This document shows, in pieces, positions 26,100 through 37,870 of a stretch of 40,921 nt of DNA. The notes below the pieces were generated by a model. It worked only from the letters and a program-made list of their open reading frames with translations. It searched no databases and was not told where the DNA came from. A program made the position numbers and the translations under genes. Positions within the stretch are counted from its first letter, which is position 1, and every line of letters starts with the position of its first letter. This stretch comes from Geosiphon pyriformis uo1 (taxonomy: Eukaryota; Fungi; Glomeromycota): the NCBI GenBank assembly GCA_016748015.1, contig JAAOMT010000241.1, forward strand, positions 1 through 40,921, given 5' to 3'.

Positions 26100-26542
26100 T
26101 TCAAGTCGTTGAGCATTGGAACGAGAGCTAAAGGTCAGTATCTTTTCACATTTTTCAGAGGATGTGAGCACCTACTGTGTTTTGATCAGACATATGCGCA
26201 CACATTGTGGTAGGAAAATGGTCTGAGATTCGTGCTTATAAGCTTCGCGCTATAAGCTTCGTGCTCGGGAAAGTGGAAAATGCTTAAAGAAATTAGTGAA
26301 GGTGATTCTCCCTATACTATCAGGATAGGGAAGAAGAGTCGTCCAGGTTTTATGTTAACCATGACATGCACATTTTTGTTTCACAGCAATTGTGCTATAC
26401 CTCATTCTAATAGTATGGGGAAGAAGAATGTCTGGGTCTTTATTTCTCTGTGGCGTTCACTTTTGCTTTTCTTGGCATGAGATGTATCCCGTGACCACTG
26501 GTCAAGTGGGAGGCAATCCAGACTAGCATATGCTTTCTGTGG

Positions 26543-26954
26543 NNNNNNNNNNNNNNNNNNNNNNNNNNNNNNNNNNNNNNNNNNNNNNNNNNNNNNNNNN
26601 NNNNNNNNNNNNNNNNNNNNNNNNNNNNNNNNNNNNNNNNNNNNNNNNNNNNNNNNNNNNNNNNNNNNNNNNNNNNNNNNNNNNNNNNNNNNNNNNNNNN
26701 NNNNNNNNNNNNNNNNNNNNNNNNNNNNNNNNNNNNNNNNNNNNNNNNNNNNNNNNNNNNNNNNNNNNNNNNNNNNNNNNNNNNNNNNNNNNNNNNNNNN
26801 NNNNNNNNNNNNNNNNNNNNNNNNNNNNNNNNNNNNNNNNNNNNNNNNNNNNNNNNNNNNNNNNNNNNNNNNNNNNNNNNNNNNNNNNNNNNNNNNNNNN
26901 NNNNNNNNNNNNNNNNNNNNNNNNNNNNNNNNNNNNNNNNNNNNNNNNNNNNNN
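26543..26954. other. Assembly gap (N run)
   Basis: 412 N. Confidence 1.
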
Positions 26955-28200
26955 CAAGGTTAATGGATGAGGTCTTGTTGAAAAAGTTTGATCAGTTGTT
27001 GGTATTTGGCCACGTGGTGATATGGGTAAATTTCGATTACGCCAAAGCCAAAGACCGAAAAATATTAAGCTGATAGCTATAGCCGTAACTAGAACTGAAA
27101 TAAATACGATTAGTCAGGTTGGCAATCGTGACTTGGATGATACTTGGTCTTGATTTGATGGTTCTCCAGATATACCGATTTCTTGATTCCGAATATTTGG
27201 ATCTGCTTCGTCATTTTCTGCGTTCATATCCAGATTGTTTATTTTTGGCAGTTTGAAATCGTTGGAAGGAATATTAGTTACAATTTTGTGTTCTTGAGTC
27301 AAATTACGAAATGTCATATTGAAAACTTGGAGTGTATCAAGGGTATTGTGACATATCTTTTAACGGGCATCTACTATAAATCTAGGGATTAATCTAAGTG
27401 GGCACAACTTTTTTTTAGGAAATTTATTTATTCAACCGATCCTATTCAAAAAATGGCAGAATTTTTACTTACGAGAAACGCGGCTGATCTAGAAAATTGA
27501 GCAAATGATGCGCCAGACCTCGGGCTCATTCCAGTAAAGGAAATATTTGGCTGTGGCTATATCCACAGGGAAAACACTAACAGGAGGATATCCAGCTTGT
27601 CCATTATATACCAGGTAAAAAATAACATTGTTTCTTACACCAGCAGCACCACCCCGAACACCATATGGTAATTTGATATTTGGGGAAACCCATTTTTTCT
27701 TCGATTTGAAGCATATATTTCACGCGAGATTCCCAAATTAGGATCTGATTTATTTGGAAAATAGCCCCCTAATTGCCACATATCGCCTTTAGCTGGAATT
27801 ATTATTCTACTTCTTGGTGCATTAATGAATTTCTGCGAAATTTATATTGGATGGGAGTTTATTTAAAAATGGGTAGTTCCTAAACGATTTTATTATCCAC
27901 CACGAAAAATTTTCAGAAGAAATTTACGCTTTTTTGTGCCTCGTTCCAAGTCTACAAAATTTATAATAATCTACAAGGCTTTTCAAAATGGTGTGCTAAG
28001 AGTAAAAGACCGCAGAATGCAGTCATTACACTACATGTATAGAGTGAATTTTCGATTAAAAATGATTTCTCCCGTTGAAAAGGTTTTTTGGACAATGAAG
28101 AAATTAAATCGGGGGCTTTTAAAAACTCATGTCGAAAAATCCGGAAATTACTTCATGTTCATGTAAAGTAGCCGTATGATAACACAATAAACTTTAGATT
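26955..28200 (-). pseudogene. Kelch-repeat single-pass membrane protein pseudogene
   Basis: Kelch-like pieces YHTATL, LHSAVF, GDMWQLGGY and KKWVSPNIKLPYGVRGGAAGVRNNVIFYL. A linker follows, then LPT*LIVFISVLVTAIAISLIFFGLWLWRNRN (TM plus basic stop-transfer). Has frameshifts and an in-frame TGA. Confidence 0.7.
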
Positions 28201-28443
28201 AAGAAAATTACATGCAGGTTCTATCCAAAGTTTTTTTTGAATATGTCTCTATACTATTCTAAGAGACCTTGTTCTTGAACCTGATGGCATTAAAATATAT
28301 ATATATATGTTGAATATACAATTTTCATAATTTCTTAACTTTGTATTATAATTACATATATATACTTAAATAAAAAAATTAATTTTTGTTAATTAACACT
28401 ATTTTAAAAATTATCTTTAGTATTTAACATTATTATTTGTTGA

Positions 28444-28471
28444 AATTCCAATTCCAATTCCAATTCCAATT
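28444..28471 (+). repeat. (AATTCC)n microsatellite just upstream of BTB gene ATG
   Basis: AATTCC x4 + AATT. Confidence 0.85.
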
Positions 28472-28477
28472 TTATAA

Positions 28478-29987
28478 ATGTTAGCAAGTGTGAAAATCGC
28501 CGCAGATTTGAGATATCAATATTCCAAAGCTTCCAACACTTTCAATCTTTATCCAATGATTTCGGGCATTTATTTAACACTCAGAAGTTCTCTGATGTTA
28601 AAATTATAGTTGGCGAAGCCCCAATATCAAAACTTATCATGGTCATTCGCAAATTTTAGCAAGATCACCATATTTTGCTGCAGAACTCTCTAGTAATTGG
28701 GTCAAAAGGGAAAATAATACAATTATCTTTCACTAAACCTAATATTTCACCTAATATTTTTGAAATAATTCTCAGGTAAGGGTTTTCATTTGCTTTAAAG
28801 TAGTTTAGATAATAACAATTCATATGTTTTATTTTACTGGATCGATATATTTATAATGGCGAGATTCCTCTTGATAAGCATGGAGTACCTACCATTTTAG
28901 AATTGCTTGTTACCGCTGATGAGCTTATTCTAGAAAACCTTAGTGATCACCTTGAAGACTATTTGATTGAACGTCATGCAAAAGAAAATTTCGTCCCTTT
29001 GCAGAAAACTTCATTTATGCATGATTCTTTCAAAAAGTTACAAAAATTCTGTGCTGAAATAGCTGCTAACAATCCAGCTATAGTCTTCAACTCGTAAGAT
29101 TTTACCTCTCTTAGTGAAAATGCTCTTTCCTGAGATGACTTGGATATAGAAGAATCTAGGATATGGGAAAAGATAGTGGAATGGGGAGTTGCTAAATTGT
29201 ATCCAAATATTCAGATAAAAAAGTTCTTTACTGGAGAGAAGAAAACTTTAACACCTTTAAGGAATCTATTGAAAGGCTTCTATCTTTAATCCGCTTCTTT
29301 AACATATCTCCTGTTGACTTCTATTACAAAGTAAACCCATTTGTGAGAATCTTACTTTGAACTTTATATGAAGATCTATTACATTATTATCTCGTACCAG
29401 GTAGTCATCAAAAGTCTGTAGACGCTCAGCCATTACGATCAATTGTTGATTCAGAGCTTCTTTAATGGCATAATATAAAAAAACTTGATTATTGGATTGA
29501 AGGCAAAGACGTAAATACTCCTTTTGAACACCAACCTGCAAATAATCTTAAGCTGTTACTTCGAGGGAGTCGAGACGGATTCACTCCAGCCGATTTTCAT
29601 CAAATATGCGATGATAAAGGAGCAACAGTTAGCGTAATCAAAATGAAAGGAACTGGTCAGCTAATTGGTGGCTATAGCCCAAAATCATGGCATTATAGGA
29701 ACGCTTGGTTGGAGTGAAAAGAAAGTTTTATTTTTTCCCTCGGAGATGGCAAATTGGAAAATGCTAAACTTAGCAAATTTGTTGGCAGATATGGACCTTT
29801 TGGAGGGTCATCTACTGGACCTTATTTTGTAGGCAGTATGGGATTGTTTGGCATTTATTTTAAAAGTAGCCTAAGGTGCTATTGTCAAAAGACAACAGAT
29901 TATGAGCATGCTGTAATGCCTGGATCAGAAAATCAACTGGTGAATTTCTTTTTCGAAGAGTATGAAGTTTTTCAAATAGTAAAATGA
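28478..29987 (+). pseudogene. BTB/POZ-BACK-TLDc protein pseudogene
   Basis: LSNDFGHLFNTQKFSDVKIIVGEAP..HSQIL.RSPYF..KPNISPNIFEIILR|intron|YIYNG..LLVTADELIL..IWEKIVEWG..LLLRGSRDGF..CDDKGATV..IGGYSPKSW..SFIFSL..EEYEVFQIVK*; several stops and frameshifts. Confidence 0.95.
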
Positions 29988-31415
29988 TAAATTCAATTAA
30001 TTAATAAATTATACATTTTATGAAGGTCATGCTCTCTATCTTGGAAATTTCTACTAATCAGAATTATTCTATAGCCATCTTAAGCCACACAATAAAAAAA
30101 AAGAATAATATTTTATATATTTTGAACGTGCAAATGAATTCAAAGTTATTTTAATAAGAATAATCTTTAAAGTTAAGGTTTTTCTCACAAGCTAAAAGCA
30201 TAAAAAGCTCTTTAGCTAAATAGCATTAAAAATGTAACATTTAAATACATAATTGTGTTTTCCTCGCTAATTAAAAATCTTATATTTGGATGATGGTTTG
30301 TTTTTTTTACTGGGCAGTAAAATAAATAAATGCACTTAAATAAATTTTCGATAGGAATATTTAAAAGATTTAAAAAAATATGAAAGTGTTAATCAAAATA
30401 TAATATCAGCCTCAATAAAATAATTTCTTCTAAATATTATTTTGTAAATTTTGTGTCAAAAAAGTTTTTTCATCAGAAGCCTGTAATACTTTTATATTTT
30501 CAAACTGCTATTGTGATGAATGCTGAATGCAAATTTGAAAATGATCAGTTTTTGTTTGAGCACTACTTTATTATCATTTAAACTTAAATAAAAAAGGTCA
30601 AAATTTAAAAGAATCTCCCAACCAGTATTTGGAGGCTGAAATTTTATTAGCATTGTTATCCTTCAAAAATGGCTTAATTTTATTAGATGTTCCAAAAAAA
30701 AAATAGTTTGGGCATTTCATTTATTATCCAAAATAGAGAAATGGTTCCTCAATTAATTAAATCTTGTAAATTTTGCCAACAAAATTTTTTGGGAAAATTT
30801 AATTTTCCACCCTCTTGTCATTCAAAATAATAGGATAGCTTTTTAGTATCGTTTTGCTTTTTTCTTTTATTTGAAAATTCTCCAAATCTACTGCTTGTTC
30901 ATAATAAATTAAAGAAGAATAAATAAATATAATTAATTAGTATTTTATAGTTTTTAAAAATTATTTATTGAAATTTTAATTTATATTATTTTTGGTCTTG
31001 GTAATTTCTTTTTCTTGCTAATTACTATTTAATATTTTTTGTAATTTTATTTTATTTTATTTATATTGATACTTTTTTTTAACAAATTATCGAGAAAATA
31101 ATTAAAAATTATTAATTGAATTTTAGATACGATGAAAAAATAAGAAGTTTAACATATTAACTTAAAAAAAAATCAAAAAAAATTGTAAAAAATAAGCCAA
31201 TCAATTTGTTACAATTCAATAATTGAGCTAAAATTTTCGTTAAAATTTTTGGATATACATTACAAAATACTGTGGCTGAATACTTTAAAAGAAAATGAAT
31301 GTATGAGCTTTTTTGACTAAATACAAGAAAAAATACGAGATAAACTATCCATCATACGAACAATCTGATATTTTACACTTGTCTGTAATTTTGAATTTTT
31401 AAAAAATATATGAAT

Positions 31416-32350
31416 TGAACTCTTTAAATATAGTAATTGTTGTAAAAATTAAAGTTCAGAGAGGTTTTATAAACTTTACAAATGTAGATATTGGACATAT
31501 TGCAATTTTTGTGAAAAACTACTCCAATTACAACCTCGAAAACTCAAAGTTATTGGTATTATTATTGATTGTCTTTACATTAAGTTTATCAGAGTTGCTA
31601 AAAATATCCAAAAACTAGAAAATTTTTAGTATCAACTTTTTATTTAAGAGCATCTTAGCTACTGACTTAGAAAAGATTCTCCATTAGGGTAGCTTTGGCT
31701 TGTTAACTTCCTCGCTGCAACACCTGACAACTAGGTGGGTGTCGCTTGGAATTGACCTATAACAATGAAAAAGTCATTCTGAAAATCTGCATTGGAGTCG
31801 GGGGAACTTCTATCATGTATGAAAAAACTACAACTCTCAAAATATTGAAAACAGAAAGAAATATCAAGATTATCTGTTGGTGGAACAGAAATTCTACAAG
31901 GCTTGAACCGAAACAACATTGAGCATGTTCTTCGTCTGCTACTATATAATAATAGATCATTTGTTATGTTTTCAATATGTCAGCCAATAATTGATTTTAA
32001 AAAGAAAAATATTGAAGATTTAATTCAAGCTATCCAGAATGTACATAATCTGAGAATAAAGCATCAAGATTTAAGATGAGAAAAGATCATATCAGATTGG
32101 GAGTGGCTTGTTTTGCAAATTCTGTTCTTGTGCACAGAAGACCTTTTTAGTTTGAATTGTATTATATATATCATGAATCTTCAACTAAAAGATTTTCCAA
32201 AACTGTTATCAAATGAGATTTTGAACCCAGTTTATGCCAGAAAAGTTAGAGCTTTTGGAAACGGCATAATAAAAGTGATGTGTAGAAAAATATTTACCAG
32301 AAGGCAAGTAATGAGGTCTTAAAAGAAAGCAACTATTGAAATTCTTGATT
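31416..32350 (+). pseudogene. Crinkler-type REase + kinase domain pseudogene
   Basis: LNSLNIVIVVKIK..FTNVDIGH..EKLLQLQPR..IIDC (CRN REase-like), then IGVGGTSIMY (Gly loop, 31791), EHVLRLL, IEDLIQAIQNVHNLRIKHQDLR (HRD-like, 32062) and SDW. Confidence 0.65.
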
Positions 32351-34150
32351 AGAAAAATGATGACGATTAAAAATAAGAAAAACATAATATAAAGCTAATT
32401 AAGAATAATAAATTGTGACTAAATTAAAAATTTATGAGTTAGCAAATAATTAATAGGTTAATTGGTTTAACTTTTCAAATCTTTAAAATATCTATGCATG
32501 AAATTATTATTGAACAAAAACTTTTCTACTGATTTACTTTTTACCATTGTGATGACTTTTCTATTCAAATTAGAATTCAACAAAAATTTAGATTCCAATT
32601 TGATAGACAAAAAGGTATATATATAATACAAGCAATTATTTTTCATAAAAAACTTAAATTATTAAAATATTAGCTAATTTTATTCTTTAAAAATTTCTTT
32701 TTTTACAAGTTCTTTTGCTTTTTTTAAATTTTAATAATTTTAAAGCCTAAATGTTAATCAGCAGAATATAATTATATATTATAGTTTCTAGTGTCCCATA
32801 TGAAAATTATTTCTTCCATTACAGTTCTATTAAAAATTTTAAACAAGGTTAATAAATAAAATATCTTTTTAAAAAAGATTATTTCAAATAAGAAATTTAA
32901 AAAAAATGTTTACTATTGTGTATAATAGCAAAAATAACTTTTTGCATTTCATAATCATAGTCTTCTATTGTTACTATTATTTATTTCCCAAGGTTTATTT
33001 AACATTTTTTCTATATAATACAAAAATTGTTTATTTGTGATTATGTGACCGTGAAAATAATGAGCTACTTATGCATTCACATAGTTTTTCTAATATTCTA
33101 GTGAAGTAAAAATGGCAAAAACTAAAAACCTAAGAAAATTATATACAGCATATTTATAGTCATGATTTTTTCAAATAAAAAAAAGAAATTTTGTTTACCT
33201 GCTTTTATACTAAAGTTTGTAAATATATATTTTTCTGAAAATTTTCTTAATTTTTTTGGCATATTAAAGGACGACAATTTTTTTAAAATTGGGCTATGAG
33301 TTTTTAGAAACAAGAGACAACATGCCAAAAATATTTTTTGAAATTAATTATTATAGAAAAAAAGCACAAAAATAATTTTAGTAATCAAAGTACAAATTTT
33401 TAAATATTTCAGAATTAATGAGTTCTCATCAAATTTTTTCATACTAGAAACTCGGATTAAAAAAATATTTATTAACTCTAGACTTTAGCGTTCCCAAAAC
33501 CACATAAAGCTCACAATTAATTCGTTTTAAAATTTTGTTGACAAGATGCTTTCCATGCAAAAAATACAGCATATAAATGTGAGCATATATTCTTAAAGCC
33601 AGAGAAGCTTCTTTTTGAATTTATGTACGTGTTTACAAGGATTGACTTCCCAAAATATTTAAAAAAATCAAATAGTGTAATAATATTTACAAGTTTCTAA
33701 TTTCAATCCTTATACCAGATTTTGATTTGGTTCCGTATTCAACTAAATGTTCGCTAAATCAAAACAAAGAACTAATAATTTAAAGTCAATTTTACCACTT
33801 GAATTTAATTATTTTTTATTATGGTTTCAAGTCAGTTTTTTATACTCTTAACTTTAAACAAGTGAAATTTTTTGATTTTTCATAATTTCAAAATTTTAAT
33901 TTATTTATTTTGTTCATAATTCGGCTTATTCATATCAATAGTACTAAAATAGAATATTAAAGTAAGAATGGGATTAACCAAGTAGTTTTCAATAAAATAG
34001 ATGTTTTTAAACAAAATACTATAATTGAAACAACTTATTATGCAAAAAAGCAAAGAATATATTTAAATTCTTTTGTTTAGTCATAATTTCTCATATTAGT
34101 GAATGTATTTGGTCTGTCAGACAAGATTATATTAGATTCTGAGGTCTTTT

Positions 34151-35451
34151 TCAAACTCTACATCCTTGAGGAGACATAAGGTAACCAAAATATAAACCAA
34201 AGTGGGCAGCTGTCGCTTTTTCGGGAAGCTGGTCTGGAGGTCTCTCAAATTGCAGATTACAATCCTAGAAAGAAAGAAGAAAGAAATATAGCTATAATAA
34301 AAATTACAATTACAATATATTAAAGTGATAATTTTACAAAACCTTATTTTCCTTATCGAAATCAAAATTAAAACAATTATAAATAACTGGTACTGAAGTT
34401 GCTTTAGAATTAAAACATTCACAACCGTCATTTCCAGGAATCCAAATTTCACCAAAACTATGAATCAAATATTTATGTCCAAAGAACAAAGGAACATGAT
34501 CATTGCCAATTGTTACCCGCATAACCTTCAGGTTTTCTCGTGATAAAAAGACAGCAAAAGAAGCATTTCCAATTCGTGGAGCTCTATAGGTAACCAATAC
34601 TTTTTGAAAAGCAACGCAGCAAAAGTCGCTAAAACTTTTATTAAATTGCCAAGTCAATTTTAAAATGCTAGTCATGTATTGTTTAATATTTGAAATTCTC
34701 ACCTGCACCACCGTCATGGCCAGTAAAAATAAATGTATGATAGTAATAAAATACATTATTTATGTAAAGTTTCAATCGTTCATTGATCTCAGTTGCAGAA
34801 CCCCAATATTTTTTATAAAATACATCCAATATTTCATTCCCTGTTTTCCCAAAAGGAAATTGTTTCAGTTTCCGCTTTTGGCTCATCATAGCAAGTTTAT
34901 TAAAAGTCAAAACTGGTGTCCTGAACGTCACTACAACCGATTGACCTGACCCCCTTTCCAAAGGATCGTGATTTTGGTCTGAATAATAAATTGGTTCGGT
35001 GGGAGTATTTATCGAGCCTATTTTCTAAAAATTTTACTACGATGCTATTTGGTTTTGAGATTGAGCTTTAGTATAGATAAAAATTTAAATACCATAAATC
35101 CCAGAAGCAAGAAGTGCATATGAATCGTTCATGCAATAAACTTGCTGAGTGAGTTCTGTTATCTTTAGCAAAAAGGATAACGTTTCTCAAGATTTTATTT
35201 CGAATCTCTTTAAAGGTGTTTCTCTACGTACATAATTTTGTTTCCTTTTTTGAAAACCATCGAAACTGTTATTAAACGTTTTTTTTGTGTAAAAATCATC
35301 TGAATTAGTTTTTGTCATGGAGCTTGATATGTTTGTGAAATAATTTTTTGAATTTTGTTCCCAAAGGGAATTTGAAGTAGAAAATATTAAGAATAAAAAA
35401 ATTATGAGCCATGATAATTGAGTTTTTGTTATTAAAAAAAATACACTTCAT
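34151..35451 (-). pseudogene. Secreted class 3 lipase-like pseudogene
   Basis: Signal-like start after a poly-T frameshift, VYC, FTGHDGGA|VLATFAAL, VTYRAPRIGN, RVTIGNDHVP, HSFGEIWI, ENK|DCN and AHFGLYFG. Introns after the elbow and before xCN are at the same positions as in the 17745-19168 gene. Has a premature TGA and frameshifts. Confidence 0.85.
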
Positions 35452-37479
35452 TCGTCTCAAATTAAAGCTTTGATTTTGACTTAAAATCCTCTTTTTAATC
35501 CAGTGATAAATAGAAATTTTCAATTTTTACAGTTTTAAAATCTTACGATTCAGAGTATTAAAGGAAATTTACCAAACCAAATATTTACATATCCAGGAAT
35601 AAGATGCAATCAATTACATAATTAATAAATGATTTTCCAGATCAAACACTTTATTTAAGGTATTTAGATGTTTAGTATTCCGATCTAAAAATGCACAAGT
35701 CATTATTTAATACATTATAGTGGTTGAGATTACAAGAATCCTACCTTAGTTTTCTATTCACGATCAATCCAGGGCCAGGTTGGTTTAGCTGTTTACAGTA
35801 TAACATTTAGATTTTACAATACAATTGTATTTCCCGGTGAGCCTCTTTTAATAAAAATTATGCAAGCACCAAATATTTTAATTCAGTAAATATTTAAAAA
35901 AATATTTGGGTCTGATTCAATATGAAGTAATAGGTAAAATGGGAATTTTAAATGTATGCTAGCTTTTTACTATGATTTAGTAAAAATGAAAATTTAACTG
36001 TTTTATGCTAAGAGCTTGGATTAGTTTTTTAGTTACTGAAATAAAGTTTTACTTAATGACAAAAAGAATGATCATAATTTACTGATTTATCAAATTTTTA
36101 AATTTGCTAAAAACTTTACAGAAATATTCAAGTAAAATTAAAGACAAATTTGTATTTAATTTTCTGGGAACTTTTTCAGTTTTATATAAGTCATATTATG
36201 TAAAAATTTTAATTTGCATTTAATTAATTATTAATTCCAATTAAAAAAAATTTTTATAATGTTCAACTTTTAGAATATTCTATAAAGTTGATGTTAAAAA
36301 TATTTTTACAATAATTTTTTATAAAATTAAAATTTTGTAACTAAAATATGTAAAAGCTTTATTTAAATAGAAAAAGCTTCAATAAACAATTATGTTTGAA
36401 CATTAATTGTAATCGGTTTAATATTTATAAAACAGACAATAAAAAAATTTGATTTGATGATGAAATTTATTTTAAATATATAATTGCCACATAAAAACTA
36501 ATAAGATTTAATTTTAATAATTAGAAAAATAGTTGAATTAATTATGTGTAATCTTGCAAACTTGAAAAATTTATTTGCAATAGAAAAATTTACACAAATT
36601 TCACTATTCTATATATTATATATCAAGTTTTAAAAAAAAATTATAATTAAAAGTTAATTTGTTGTATAGACAGATTAAATAAATTATAAAAAAATATTTT
36701 ATTTGCACAATATTAGTTAATATTCAAATGATATTTCAAATAAATTTTATATTTTTAGCTCAAAATCAATAAGAATATGTTATATGTTTAATATATTGTA
36801 ATTAATATTATATGATTTTCTTGGCAGTAAATCTAGTTACTTTTTGTATTTGAAACGATCTCTTCGTTATTAAAATGTTTAATATACATGAAGGCTTATT
36901 AAGCTGAACAAATAATTAAATTTTGGCTTAGGTAAAATAAAAACAAGTAAATAAGGAAAAAAAAAGACAAATATTGTATGTAAAGTGTATAAATTTTAAC
37001 AATTATTTTTATGAATCTCATTATTTTATTATTGATTATAAAACTAATAATAATATTCCTGGTTGAGACAACATAATAATATTTATAATCATATTGCTTT
37101 GTCAGAATCATATTTGAGATTGGATTTCCATTATTGGTAAAGCTATTGCTTCCTCCAATACGCTACAATATGAATACAAAGATGAATGATGGTTATCCCA
37201 CGGTATAGTAAAGTAAAAAAAAAGCTCTGTAATTATTCTTTTAATTTTCCAAACCGGAATTTTGCTAGATTGGAAAGTCTTATATTTAATGTGAAGTTGA
37301 TTAATTTCTGTTATCGCGGGTAGATTTTGATCCTATTTGTTTGTTCAGATAGCTTCAAGGAAAGATAGATTTATCAACTAAAAAATATTGATAAAGAATC
37401 ACAAGGGTGACACAAAATTAGGATGATTTTCTCAAGACTGTAAAGAATTATAATGATTGAAGTAATACTAAGAAATATG

Positions 37480-37870
37480 TCGCTTACTTTGAAAATAAAA
37501 GACGAATTTCTTAATCAACGAACTCCAGTGCCTTTTCTAGTCGCTCTTTAATTATCTACTGCGCTCTGACTTCTAATATAATAATTTATATTTTAAATTC
37601 ATTCACCTTTTCGATATCTGTTCCAGCACCTAGTTTTAGCTGTAAATAAAATTTTAGATTAGTACTGATTTTTTGAATCCTTGGGCTTTATTTACCTTTT
37701 TGATATCTTTTGTAAATTCACATCCTTTTTTGATGTCTTTGGCTTTGGTTGTAAATAAATTTAGTATCAAATTCAAATTATTAACGTCGCATACTTTCGT
37801 CGATATTCTTTGTTCCGGGGCGATTTGTTCTGTGCTCTATCCCAAGTTTACTTTTGACAGTAAATAAATT
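37480..37870 (-). pseudogene. Unidentified spliced gene relic
   Basis: TEQIAPEQRISTKVCDVNNL..TKDIKK|GT..AG|LKLGAGTDIEK|GT..AG|..IKERLEKALEFVD with stops. Confidence 0.3.

Larger units (their letters stand above)
25365..26140. repeat. Large imperfect palindrome centred at ~25727
   Basis: Inner arms 25620-25706 / 25748-25834 match 85/87 with a 41-nt loop. Outer arms ~25365-25515 / ~25846-26140 are more diverged. Confidence 0.95.

Noticed and set aside
26523-26970. 144- and 146-aa ORFs
   Set aside because: Artefacts of the N gap
27114-29717. In-frame TGA codons as an alternative genetic code or readthrough
   Set aside because: The same genes also have TAA stops and frameshifts, and the intact lipase ends with TGA
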